Part shown: positions 50,641-64,000 of the stretch, one piece after another
Layout of the letters: each line of letters begins with the position of its first letter
Numbering within the stretch: position 1 is the first letter of the stretch
NCBI RefSeq assembly: GCF_004010195.1
Contig: NC_057718.1
Location: forward strand, 60,258,137-60,322,136
Length of the DNA stretch: 64,000 nt
Direction: 5' to 3'
Source: Chiloscyllium plagiosum
Lineage: Eukaryota
Program-made: the position numbers and the translations under genes
Notes under the pieces: generated by a model
What the model was told of the DNA's origin: nothing
Databases searched by the model: none
Seen by the model: only the letters and a program-made list of their open reading frames with translations

Positions 50641-53600
50641 TCAGCACTCATTCACTGGTCATAACCATCTTCATACCAGCTAGTGGGTAGTTAATTCTTT
50701 GTGGCAGGATGACCTGCTATAACATGTAATGTGGTGTGGGCTATTAGATAGAAGTATTTCACCAAGTGAGAATTCAGAGCCATTGTTTTTGGGACTGCAT
50801 GCAACAGAGGTTAAACACTGACTCACAGGTAGCAATTCTGCCATTAAGCCTCAGTGTCAATGCTTTCTAAAATTGATGGCAACATTAACCCATATCCAAT
50901 GTGCATTTTAAGTTACATTATTTAAGACACCATTAAATGGGTAAATATACCACATAGCACACCACTAAGCCAAATGCACGAAAGATATTCCTGTTTTTAT
51001 CTGGCTCTGCATGATGAAGGTACAATGGAGTTTATTGTTGAACTGAAATTTATAAGAACAGGTAGTCATCTCACCTTATGTACCTTTAGATTTGCCAGTG
51101 CAATTCTTTGTTTTACATACAAATTTTAGCCCACCAGAATAATAGAGCAGAGAGTGCAGAATAGGAATAGACCAATCCCAAGACTGTCAGAAAAATATGG
51201 AGTGACATGAAATACATCAGTCTCTAATACAAGACCTTCGTTATTGCTATAAATCCTGTATAGAGCTTTCCCCACTAAATGACAGAAAGTTACAGCATAA
51301 TAAATTTCACCAAACCTAAGCCATGATCCTAATTTGAAATCAATGTTAAACTAAGAGCTTAGCCAGGTTTAACTCAAGTTTAACCATAATGGGGGAATAT
51401 TTATCAGGGTTAACAACATTTCTCCAGTAGTAATTGGAAATACATTTCTCAGAGTGCAAGACAATTTATCAGAAAGACAAGGAATGAACCATGACCTTAA
51501 AGCCATTGCGTACTAACTGGCAGCGCTTGCTCTGCTTGTGAAAGCAGGGGAAATGTGTATGTACAAAGTTGTGAAATGCTGCAGCGACTTGTACTACACT
51601 ATGAAAAAGATTTTGTTTAGATTGTGTTAAATGTCAATGAGCAACAAACACAACATTCTGAAGCTTTAGAGCCACATCAAAGGCAAAATCTTAACAGAGG
51701 TTCCGATATATAGAGTTCTGGCAATGAATGTGATAAAAGACTTTGAGTGCATCTTGGTGAAGAACAACACGGAGCTAAGGAACACAATAAATCTGGGAGC
51801 CATACAAACAAAAACAACACTATTCATTAGAATGGATCTATTTAGATTGATTTGCTGAGACATAATGATCACATCCCCTAGATTTACTTCGGAGATTTTA
51901 CAAACTCTAGCTTAGGTGAGCTACCTAGTGCATGGAAACTTTAAATAACATCCAAGCATCTTCAAAATACTGCCTGTGGAAGTTAGTTATACAATAGAGA
52001 TCTGCCAAACACCTACATGGGATCTCTGAGGGTCAACCTTCTTGACTGAAGTCTTGTCGTACAAAATAAAAATACTTGAGGAGCTGAAAAGCTGTAATAA
52101 TCAAAGCATAATTGCTGGACTATTCAGTCAGTTGGACAGAATTCTGGTGAGAGAGATCACCTGTTACTCTCTTCAAAGAGCCTGACTGTCCTACTGAATA
52201 TTTTCAGAATTTTCATACACTTTGTATTTCTAGGTAACCCATTCTGTGGACCTCAGCCAGCATCATTGTGTGCGGAGAGACAACTGACGATTTATTTTTC
52301 TGCACAATGAAAGAACAAGACACTGTAACACATTGTCACAGTTCATTAATTTTATTAAGTTGTACAGTGCTAATGTTTAATGACATTCGGTGTTGCTTTT
52401 ACTCCTTGTATATCATAAACTTCTCTGTATTGGCTGCATATATGGAGTACAATCAAGTGAATCGCTGCACAGTCAACCGCAGATGTAAGAATAAATACAT
52501 AATCCCTGTTCTCTCAGCAGGTGCCATACTCAGAGGCAGAGTGAAATGGAAGTGGGCCAAAACATCGTTACTCTGATATTTTGGTCCACTGTCATTTATG
52601 AATGCAGAAAATGCTGATTTCTACTGATGCAGTTGTCCCATTATTGTTATCTGTAAAAAAATCTGCGTTACTAACACAACTGCTGTAGCTACTGTGGGCT
52701 CACTGCTTTCAGAGAAGGTGCTCACTGTTATCTGTGCAGGATACAAAATGGCACAGAACTATTCCTGACAGGAAAGCTTACTGGTTGCAGTTTAGCGACT
52801 CCTTGCAGGAGAACAATCTGTCTTGCTATATACTGATCTTTGTGAACTTAATGGAAAATATAGAAACCTTTTTCCGCGAATGACTGTAGATAGTTGCATG
52901 GTAAAGATTTGATCCCAAAGCCTATGTAAAAGTAATATCAGAACTCAAGAGAGACTGAATCTATTTCAATGTTTGAAGATGCAGAACTGAAGTTGCAATG
53001 GTGTTCCCTCTGTGGCTGGTGCTCATTTGAAAGCATCCTGTGTCCTGATACATCTGGTAAAAACTAGGCATTAAATTGGATGTGAGCCTGTGCCAACAGC
53101 CTTGGTTACTTCATCTTTTGCTTCCTCCTCTATGTTCTCCATCCACAGAGACATATGCTGCTGCATGTGGTAACACTGCCTGTTTAATTGTGGACAGTGA
53201 CAGTTGGTCTGTTAAGTCTTTGATGCTCTTTTGGTGTGAGTTGGATGAGATATCATTAATATGTGATTGGAAAAACAACCATATATTGTGAGCTTACAAA
53301 CACGAGGCTGACCCTTACAATTTTTGACTGAATGCAAGTTGTTTTGAGCTTTTTGGAGAGATTCTCATTATGAACCCAGCAAAATGTCTCACCATATTTT
53401 ACCAAGCACTGACCATTAGCTTCCTATCTCACCCATATGATATCCCTCACATCTCATTTAATCCCCATTTTATTAAGTGCTTTCCAAGAACAGCTCATCA
53501 ATGTTCTGATATCTACTGATCGAGCCGCACCTCTGGTAGCCTGGCCATTGTTAAAATGCTGCTGAGCACCCAACAAGCACTGGCATTCTGAAGCTGCCTT

Positions 53601-56600
53601 TCCTGGGCAAGGACGGAGCCTGAATGTGTTGGAAGGTGGCACTCCAATTCTCTAACAGGCACCTGGAAATACAGGTCAAGGTGTTGATGCAGAGGACATG
53701 TCTGCTATTCCCAGAGCATCAGTGATGGAGGCTGTACCAACAGGGTCTGCCATTCTGGTCTGATTTGCCAACTTGACTCTCTGTATATCCCGAATGTAAC
53801 TGTGCCAGTATGATGCCTAACCATATGGACGCACAATGGATTGATGTTTGTGGAAGCAAGTTATACAAAACATATATAGGGCAATGTTGCAATCATTTCC
53901 CCTCCTCCTGTTCTTTTGTTGGCCTCTTTATCTAAAATATTGATGCAAATGAGATGGCCAGCAATGTAATGGTCAGGGAGGTACATGACAAGCAGGGAGA
54001 CAATACAATAGGATGGTCAGGGATTAAGGACCTTGCAGATCTGTGCCCTAAAGTGCATGGATCTATGTGTGATGTTGTTTCCTTTTATAGGTCTTCATGT
54101 CGGTGGGTCATGCTGAATCACCAGGTTGAATCACATACCCTGCCCACTCCAGTGTGATTGGGAAAGAAGTTGGCTGCAATAGGCATTTCTGATTTCCAGA
54201 ACAATGGAAAGTGACTGGGAACGCTGTTCAGTCAGTGGTTTACAGCCTCCGTCTCTAAGTGCCATTAGGTCCCTAACATCCAGAACCTTTCCTCTAAACT
54301 CTATAGCCTTCGCACCTATGCATGTCCCTACCCAAACCATTTGTATGAGCTTGCAACTGTCCAATTTTCCTCCCAGCCTCTGGCATATGAAGTGATCATG
54401 TCAGGTATGGTTGTACATTGTCCACTTGCTCCACCCCAGGTGCTCCTGTCTATGGTGGAGATGAATCCCCCTCTCCCCCTGCTCAACCATGAACCCCTTC
54501 CCATCCAGAGTTTAGTGTATCCCCTTTCAGATAATTTTACAATTATCATCCCTCCTTCTGGCCCTCAATCCTGTAGAATAATTTGCCAAGATTTCTTCCC
54601 ACGGCAGTGGACCCCTTCTTTTCCACACACATCTTTTCCTCTTAGTTTCTGTGGATGGATCGGTCGGACTGATCATGGACCATTCCCGTGACTGACTCAA
54701 TGGGATAGCCTCAGATAAGACGTGCCCATGCCCCTGACTGATGCTTGTACATCTCCCAGACTGTTTTCCCGACCCAACTGGTACTGGTCACTAGGGAACC
54801 ACAGGATAGACCTTAACCCAATCCCAAAACTACAAAGGCATGGACCACCTGACTGAGATCATCCTGATTGAATATCTCATCATGTCTGATCCCCTGGACT
54901 AGTATTGAACATTGCCCTTGACCTCATGCCAGGACTGGTGCCCCCATCGACTTTGCTGAGAACTGTTCCAATAAGATTTTCAGACATAGCTGCTTATTTG
55001 GTACACATACAGTGTGTTTACCACATAAGCTGCTGACACATGGTGTGGAAGTGAGATTGACAAAGCACTTTCTTGTACAAGGAAGATGTATGCCCCCTTG
55101 ACTGAGGACAGTTTAGCAGCAAGTTAAGCTGGCTGCTTTGCTGGTCTGTACAATTGGCACAGCAAGGCAAGGCATGGATGCTATATGATTGCAGGTAGGC
55201 ACGAGGTTTCTGAGCATTAAAAGAACAAGTGTGTAGCACTGAGCTGCAGCCTGGTGCAATCCTTCAGTTGATGTCTATCCACATAAGCAAACTGTCCTTT
55301 CAATGCTCATTAGTGATGCACCCTGCAATGCATGGTTATGATCCTGAGGAATGCTGCAAGTGTATTGGAAAGATACCATGATGATTGTAAGTAGTCATCA
55401 ATTGTCAGATGCCAATGTCAATTTATGAAGAATGTGTAGCTGGTGTACAGGGATTGTGCCCTGTGATGTTGTTTGGTGCCAAGCATCATAGAGGCTCCTC
55501 ACAGCCAGAGGTGAACTAAAATTGCCTGGAACTCGCAACGACTTCCATGTTGAGATTTCTCAACACTTATTTTATTTAAGATAGGAAGCTGAATATTGAT
55601 ACGGTGAACTAATCCATTAACAAGGCATTTTACAAGCAATAATCCCCCTTAATTGAAAACTTGCTGATGTCTTGTAAGAAACTTGCTTTGCCACTCAAAA
55701 GCAAATAAGAAACACTGAGGTGTTCCAGACACCGAGATAGTCCCCAATAAGCACTTCATCTGATTCTGCCACAAATCTAGCCATTGCCTACACTTACCTA
55801 TGAAGTGAAGTTCTTTTTTTTTAATATGTATCACTATATCTTATGCATAGTAAGTCTGTATGAAAATCTTATATGATTTGCTGAGAATCAGAAAATATTT
55901 GGTTAATACATTACTTACATTATTTCTTTTTTATTTGAAGAATGATGGATCAGTTTTGTTCACATGCTCCCTGTTAAATAAATGCATTACACTTTCTTCA
56001 TTTAATGCATTTTTCATGACTGGTATTCCAACAGACATCACTTGTTACATAAAATGTCTTCTGATTTGAGAACCTAAAAACATTAAAATATTGTTGTTCA
56101 GCCATAGAAGTTAATTTCATTTTGTATTAATTCTGCCATTATGGTGTTTGTAAGGTAGTTTACAGTCCTATTGTCTTCACTTCTCATTCCTTGCATTTCT
56201 TTTGTGAACATCTTACTGTGTCCATTGCTGTACCTGTCAAATTGAGGTCCATCAGATCTCTCTGCCAGAACCTCCAATGGAAGAGGTAATGTTGACACAA
56301 TCATTGCCAAATTGTGATGCTTGGCCACTTGCTTGCATTTTTAGTGTCAATCCAATGTCTAAAATGCACTTCCATCTTATCATCAATTGTCAAACCTGAC
56401 TTGCTAAAACTCGATTTGTACTGATGTTGTTAAGTCATTTCCACTTGTTCCATATTTCACAGCTAGATTCATGCAATTTTAGCTTTTATAAGCTGAGCAA
56501 GAATCAGCTGCTTCATTAATTGTATCAGGCAATGAAAAGGTCTTTATTATGTAAGTATTATGATTTGCCAAAAAATAATTGTTACCACTTCAAGATGGAA

Positions 56601-58820
56601 ACATATCTTGCAGCACATGAGAACGTACAGAAATTGAAATTTTTTGTTAGCATGTCAGAACCTGGCTGCTTGAAGTAATCAAAGCCTGCATGTAAGCCAT
56701 TTTTTGCAATGTAAGAGTGAATGAGGCATTTTCACTCAAACTAGAGAGCTGTTTGATCTGATAATAATGACTGAGAATTGTAGATGTAAAATGTAGAGTA
56801 CATTGAACTATATGTGTATTCCAGATGGAATTGATTTCATTTATTTAACTCCAAAATCCTTTTGCTTTCTATGCATTTGATAAACATCTGCAACTGCATG
56901 ATGAAAAGTGAAAAATTTTTCCTCACATCCTGAAGATTCCTTGCAATGTAGCGTTGTGTGTTTGCATAAATAGAAGAGAATAAGGTATGTATTCACACTT
57001 GACTTCTTCACCCAAAGGCAGATAGTAACAAAATAGTGCCCTTGCTCTTTACATAAAACTTATGTTGAAATCTTTCTCTTTCATTATACCAGTTAAGGAA
57101 CTTAATGAATTCTTCCTAAATATTTAATATGCCTACCTATTGAGAGCTGCAGTATGCATTTTGGAATCACAGCTAGAAAATTAGACTCAGAGGTGTTTTC
57201 TTCAAGAAGAACATTTTAATCTTCAGGTTTTGAACCATTGCTCCATATTCTATAAATATTCAGCATTTTTAAAAGAAATTCCATTTTGTTATCCTGTCAT
57301 TCTCCACTGTGCATCCTTTATTTTTTTCAGACCAGGATAATAAAAAGAATATATCTTATGAAAGATATGTTTATTTTTGGACAGCAGTATGTTTGTCCAC
57401 TAAATATTAATCAGGAAAGTAGACTACTTAATTAGCCTTTCAAAAACTATTTACTATGTTTTAATCTGTCATGGAGTGCCTTCCATTATGACCACGTGAA
57501 GAAGGATGAATTGGTTTCCTCTTTTTAATCCCCTCTTTTAGTAAGCAGCTTCATCACACTTAAATTAGAACATAGTACCAGTCAAAGTTAGGGACTCAAC
57601 TACAAGGCCCTTTAGAGGGCAAGAAAGAGAAATTTTATGATTGGAAAAAAAATGACATTAAACATTCATGCAAAACAGGCACGGAACATTTCCAAACTGA
57701 TGAGACTCTTCCATGTTTCAGATCTTGAATTGATTAATGACACCTTTGCGAAGCACATTTCTGTTAAAGTGCTCATGGTTGTTGGTGGTGGTCACCTGAC
57801 TCTGTAGAATCTGTACATTCAGTCCAATGTATATCCTTCTTGTAATGGCCAGACAGTCACTGTTTCAGTGTAGATTGGACTTGCACACAAGGACCCTGTG
57901 GGATTCCCCTCCTGGCAGACTCTGAAGGAATTACCCAGGAAATTGAAGATTGCTTTTGGTAATTCCTGTAAATCTGGAAACCTTCAAAAGTATCCATTTA
58001 AATTGGAGCATTTGGATTTCTGTGAAACTAAGTAAATAGTTACTGCGGAGAACTTAGGCAATTAAATACATAGTCTAACTCCTGAGTGATGATTTTACTG
58101 ACTTCATAGATACTTCACACACCCCCAAATTACAGCTCCCCCCGAACAATTACACCTTCCTTGAACCTGAACTGACTCATCCTCTATCTTTCCTCAGACA
58201 CAACACTCCTAGTTTGCTCCGATCCAACATCTCCCTTCCCCAACACCAGTCCCGCTGAACCGAACCTCTTGCTTTGGCCCTGCCCCTGCTTCTCAACCTG
58301 CCACTACCCCATTTCTCTGCCCCTAATCTGCTTTCACTTCTGCTGCTCCAGATCTGATTTGCTTCTCTCCCCACCAGGACTAGGTTGCCCTTTCCCCCAC
58401 TCTGGACCTGGCTTACCTGGTCTTCCACATGCCATCCTATTCCTCTGCTCCAGGCCTAATCTGCCACTCCCCTCTGACCCATCCATGGGACCAAGACCTC
58501 CCTTCCCACTTTGGACCTGGTGTGCCCTTCCCTAGCTCCTTGCTCAATTGGCAACTTACCCCTACCCAGTTGGCATCCTACTGTCTGGCACTCTTACCAC
58601 CCTATATCCTACCATCACCCTGCCTGAATTGAACTGCAGTGATGAAGAAGCACATCACACCAAATTTTACTGTCTCTCATAGGTCAATGTTCGTGGTGAT
58701 GAGAATGGGGAAGATAGGACCAATATTGTTGTGTGTATCAGGTATCGTATTGCACTTTACACATGATGAAGTATATGAATAAATTTGGAATTATAACGGA
58801 CAGCACTTCAGGTGGAAGTA

Positions 58821-58997
58821 CAGACAGTCCCTGGGTTGTGAACAGGTTCCATTTTGAAGTCTGTTGGCAAGTCATTTTACTGAAGTCAGGAATTTATTTG
58901 CAAATCCAGGAACAGTTCATATGTAAGGTCTTTAAAGTGATTCCCCTGAATGGGATCGCATTTATAAGTCAGATGTTCATAAATCAGGGCATCCCTG
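58821..58997. mobile_element. Tc1/mariner Tigger-like MITE
   Basis: ta|cagacagtccctgggttgtgaac ... gttcataaatcagggcatccctg|ca: decayed TIRs beginning CAG, TA at the left end. Confidence 0.55.
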
Positions 58998-59229
58998 CAT
59001 GTTTTTAACTGCAAGAATGTACTGTCCATCATTACATTTATCACAGGAATTTATTTTTATTGAAAATAGAAGAAAACTTTGCCATGATTTACCTGCACAT
59101 AGTAACTTATAAATTACCTTTTCTTTGAACTGAGCTGATGCTTACTCTAAAAGAATGTATAGGGCAGAGGAAGGTCAAATGGTCACATTATTGGCATCTG
59201 CTAATTGCATCGACAGTAATTTCCAGTTT

Positions 59230-59600
59230 AAGGCATGTTGGACTATATTTCCAGGAAGTAAAACATCTTGGTTTTGACATGATATTGATTAATTGTTCAA
59301 AATGTACACACAAGTGGATCAATGCCCAGAAGATACAGGTATGTAATCAGTTTGTAATAATGTAGAGGGGAGACAAAGATAGTTTTTTTAAAAAATTCTG
59401 AGTTGTCAAAATCTAACACGCTCTGTTGAAAAATAGTGAAACTGATGCCATTTTTGTTTTAAAAGGGGAGGTTGTCACAGAGATGGACATATAGGGCTAT
59501 GTACAAAATTTGGCAATGTCAGGCTTTGGAAGACTCTCCTTTTTAAAGGAGGCACGACACGCCAAATGGGCTCCTTCAGTGCTGTAAGAATCTGTAATTC
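59230..59600 (+). mobile_element. Very old CR1 3' end
   Basis: Decayed tail gccaaatgggctccttcagtgctgtaagaatctgtaattc. Confidence 0.45.
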
Positions 59601-60399
59601 ATGTTTCATCAATCTTCCTCTCATTCCACACTTCCGCTGATGTGTTATGCTTTATAGATTATCTACACTGATAAACTGATTTCCTATTAAGTAAAATAAG
59701 TGATTAGCTTGCAGTGATTGTACCATGACCCGTAAGTGCTGAAAGACATCACAAAGTGAACTGGTTATTAGTAGCACTGGAAATGATAACAAAACTAAAT
59801 ATGCAGCTAGACCAAACATGGGCTGAAGAGTGAATAAACCTTCTTTAAAATCTAAAATTGATGTACAAGAGTGATCTGCAGATTTTAGTTAACACAAGCT
59901 CTGTAACCAACTGGAATATAGCCCCCCATACTTTATATCATATGAAATTTGTGATTATTATTTCATTGCAGTCACCCTAGGTTATTCATTATTCAATATA
60001 AAATATTAAATACTATAAGATCAATTGGCATTATGTAGTAGAGCTTACTCAGTACATCCTATCAGCTGTTTCTGCTTACATCTTTGCAACCTTGGATCAT
60101 TTATTACTGACTAATTTATATCACGCTTCACTTCTTAACCTTTGTGCTTCCTGCACTATGAGCTTTAACTTTCAATCTTGTGTTAAATTGTATGATTTAC
60201 TTTCATGTACATGTATGGTGCACAATTATGTAGCTACTGAATGATAGAATTAAAACACTCAAGTTTTTTCTAATATTTCTTATGTACATCCATGCTAAAT
60301 ATATTTCTAAGCTGTTTATTTAAAAAGCCTTTATGCTATGGGGTTAATTATTCTCCATTTAATTACTTTTTTTTACTGTTTATGGTCCTGAACTAACCT

Positions 60400-61840
60400 A
60401 AGGGGGAAGAGGAGCAGAGTATTAGTCATTGGGGACCCCATAGTTCGGGAGACATGTAAGAGGTTCTGTGGGAATGACAGTGATGCATGGTTGGTGTGTT
60501 GCCTCCCAGGTGCCAGGGTTTGTGATGTCTCTAATTGTGTTTTCAGGATCCTTGAGAGGGAGGGGCACCAGCCCCAAGTCGTGGTCCACATAGGCACCAA
60601 CGACATTGGTAGGAAGAAAGATGGGGATTAAAGGCAGAAATTCGGGGAGCTAGGGTAAAAACTTACAGCTAGAACAAACAGGGTTTTTATCTCTGTTTTG
60701 TTGCCTGTACTACGTGCTAGCAAGGCGAGGAATAGGGAGGGATAGGAGTTGAACACGTGTCTACAGGGATGGTGCAGGAGGGAGAGTTTTTGATTCCTGG
60801 ATAATTGGGACGTTTTCTGATGTAGGTGGGACCTCTACAAACAGAATGGTCTTCACCTGAAACAGAGGGTTACCACTATCCTGGGGGGGAGATTTCCTAA
60901 TGATCTTTGGGTGGGTTTAAACTAATTCAGCAGAGGGGTGCGAACCCAAATTGTAATCTGAGTATACAGGAGGTTGAGAGTAGTGAGGTCAAAACTAAGG
61001 TTTCAAGGTCGCAAGAAGTTGGTTTGGAGTGCCTCTACTTCACTCACCTTATTCCAAATGTTCCTGGTGTTGAACTTGCAGCATGGATTGGTATCTGGGA
61101 TTTTGAGGTTGTGGCAATTTTGGAGACATGGATAGAGCAAGGACAGGAATGGTTGTTGCAGGTTCCAGGATTTAAATGTTTCAGGAAGAACAGAGAAAAT
61201 GGTAAAAGAGGGGTGTGTGGCATTATTAGTCAAGGACAGTATTACGGTGGCAGAAAGGACGTTTGAGGACTCGTCTACTGAGGTAGTATGGGCTGAGATT
61301 AGAAACAGAAAAGAAGAGGTCACCCTGTTGGCAGTTTTCTATTGGCCTCCAAACAGTTGGAGAGATATAGAAGATAAGATAGCAAAGATGATCCTCGACA
61401 GGAGAGAGAGTTTCAGGATACTTGTTATGGGGGCTTTAACTTTCAAATATTAGCTGGGAATGCTATAGTTGAAGTACTTTAGATGGGTCAGTTTTTGTCC
61501 AATGTGTGCAGGAGGGTTTCCTGACACAGTATGTAGACAGGCCAACAAGGGGCGAGATCAAGTTAGATTTGGAACTAAGTAATGAACCTGGACAGGTTTT
61601 AGATTTGGAGGTAGGTGAGCAAAATTTGGAGGTTGGTGATAGTGACCACAATTTGGTTATGTTTACTTTAGTGATGGAAAGGGATAGGTATATACTACAG
61701 GGCACAAGTTATACCTGGGGGAAAAGCAATTACAATTCAATTTGACAAGATTTAGGAGGCAGAGGATGGTAAGATGGGCTTTGAAACAACATGGAGGGCC
61801 GAAGGGCCTGTACTGTGCTGTAATGTTCTTTGTTCTATTT
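60400..61840 (+). mobile_element. CR1 LINE: ORF1 SGNH esterase plus ORF2 APE endonuclease, joined directly to a 3' tail
   Basis: VLVIGDPIVR..VCCLPGARV..VVVHIGTNDIG (esterase); VAILETW, VWAEIRN, FLTQYVDRPTRG..LDL, GDSDHN (APE); tail gggccgaagggcctgtactgtgctgtaatgttct. Confidence 0.9.
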
Positions 61841-63371
61841 CTCAAGTAGAATTACAGGATATTTTAAAAATAACATTTCTGAAGAAAATCAATTTTGAAT
61901 TTAAAATTTTACTGTGTTTTATCTTTCCTGCATTCCTTTAAAATTCACTTTAAAATAGTAGCTCAAACACTGAAAGTGATTTAATTGCAGCAGCCATATA
62001 CATTCAAGGCTAATTCACCGTTTGTAAGCAAATGTCTATTAAATGAAACTAATTATGAAGAGTCTACATTTTCATAGCCAGGCAATGTTGTATTTTTTTT
62101 TTTGTCTTCTTATTTCTTTTTCTCTTCAAAGTTAGCCACATATCCCTACTATTAAACTGTTCAAATACTTTCATATAGTTTAGTCAATTGTTTAATTGCA
62201 CAATATTAACCACTTTAGAGAATCGGTTTCCAATAAAATCTCTAGTATGAAGTTTTCACTTTCTGCATTCAGGCAAGGAAAGAACAAGGCAACACATTAT
62301 GACGCATTTCAGGGCACATTTAACTCATTTTAACAGGTTATTAATTCGTGGTTTTTTATCCCCATAAGAAGTGAGTTCTGAAGATCTTGTTTTCCATTGT
62401 TTATCCCATTGTTAAAAACTCAGTGACCTCTGAATGTTGTTTATAGTGCAGAACTAATTCATTCATTCAAACCATTTCTTTCTGCTAAACAACCTCTCTG
62501 GCCCTGCAAATTTAATTTGACAGATGTGGTGTTTCATTGTCTCAGAAGAAAATGAGTAATATTTTCTCTTGGTTTTCTTTCTGTTTCTTTTATCTCTCTC
62601 CTATAATCCCCATCCATCCTTCTCATTCTTTGCTTTCAGTATATTCTATATAATTCTGCCTTATGACTCCTCATTTAGGATCTGCAGTTTGATATCACTT
62701 TGAACTAGATGCAAGGATTGAGATTCATGTTAATTGACAATAATATAGGTAGCTCACTAAATTCATGGTATTGAATTTTTTTTTTGGTTGTATCATTTTC
62801 GCCAGGTTTTATGGGGGATTCCTTACCGTATCTTGCCAAACTTGCCTCATTAACTACTTACCTCAGCAACACAGCATACCTGTCACCGGATTCCTATTCC
62901 ATATTACTATGCATCATCACTGGAAAAACTCACCACTGCCGGAACATCTTAGAATTGACTGGCATCCTTTGTGCCAACACCATCTTTAACAGGTCATTGT
63001 GCTCCTGGAAAAACACTGAAACTACCCTGGACAGTCCATTGGTGTCAACAATACCCTGTTTTCTGGGGACCTGGATATCCTGCTGGATTCGGTGGTACAG
63101 GGATGAGATAACCTCTTTCACCAGGATAAGCAAAGGATGCTGTGACGCTAGACCATGCCAGCTTTGTCTATGCAGGTCTAAGCAGTCTCAGCCATCTAGA
63201 GATGTTCAGCAAGAAAGGAATAACGTCAATCACTTTCTCCAATCTGCCTGTATAGTGTCATCATCTGCTATGTGAACCCTGACACTTACTCTATGTCTAC
63301 GACTATACCATTCCCCACCAACAGTACTGTCACCAAAGCCTATGTTATGGACCCTACCCAAACCCCTCAAA

Positions 63372-64000
63372 ATAGAGTCATAGAGTTATAGAGTTGTACA
63401 GCATGGAAACAGACCCTTCGGTCCAACCTGTCCATCGGCCCATACCCTTACAAACCCTTCCTATTCATATACCCATCCAAATGCCTCTTAAATGTGGCAA
63501 TTGTACCAGCCTCCATCACTTCCTCTGGCAGCTCATTCCATACACGTACCACCCTCTGCGTGAAAAAGTTGCCCCTTAGGTCTCTTTTATATCTTTCCCC
63601 TCTCACCCTAAACCTATGCCCTCTAGTTCTGGACTCCCCCATCTCAGGGAAAAAACTTTGTCTATTTATCCTATCCATGCTCCTCATAATTTTGTAAACC
63701 TCTATAAGGTCACCCCTCAGCCTCCGACGCTCCAGGGAAAACAGCCCCAGCTTGTTCAGCCTCTCCCTATAGCTCAAATCCTCCAACCCTGGCAACATCC
63801 TTATAAATCTTTTCTAAACCCTTTCAAGTTTTACAACATCTTTCCAATAGTAAGGAGACCAGAATTGCACGCAATATTCCAACAGTGGCCTAACCAATGT
63901 CCTGTACAACTGCAACATGACCTCCCAACTCCTGTACTCAATACTCTGACCAATAAAGGAAAGCATACCAAACACCTTCTTCACTATCCTATCTACCTGT
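63372..64000 (-). mobile_element. CR1/HER1-like LINE 3' portion (continues beyond the window)
   Basis: MLPGLEDLSYRERLNKLGLFSLERRRLRGDLIEVYK..SRTRGH..FFTQRVVRVWNELP; tandem tail (atagagt(c/t))n. Confidence 0.95.

Noticed and set aside
58100..58640. C-rich block with Pro/Leu-rich ORFs
   Set aside because: Low-complexity compositional bias explains the ORFs; probably a decayed repeat
62784..63275. 163-aa ORF with a CxxxxCxxC motif as an exon or Penelope linker
   Set aside because: No clear splice signals or recognisable domain; the resemblance is too weak to call

Overview
AT-rich, repeat-dense vertebrate DNA, most likely a shark (inferred from HE1/V-SINE-like SINEs and HER1/CR1-like LINEs). 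I found no convincing host protein-coding exon, so this looks like a gene desert or large intron with several AT/TAAT-rich candidate conserved non-coding elements. It is layered with CR1-group LINE fragments, two tRNA-derived SINE families, degraded Harbinger-like remnants and a Tigger-like MITE. The most distinctive signal is about 13 Penelope-like (PLE) insertions. Most are short head-to-head palindromes with 9-15 bp target-site duplications (TSDs), and their centres fall on a minimal type I hammerhead ribozyme motif (CUGANGA-stem II-GAAA-palindromic stem III-UH) that occurs in three sequence families. One copy carries a GIY-YIG endonuclease remnant. Another has captured a 164-bp copy of nearby flanking DNA between its inverted arms. 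Boundaries of old repeats are approximate, and family names come from motif recognition, not database searches.
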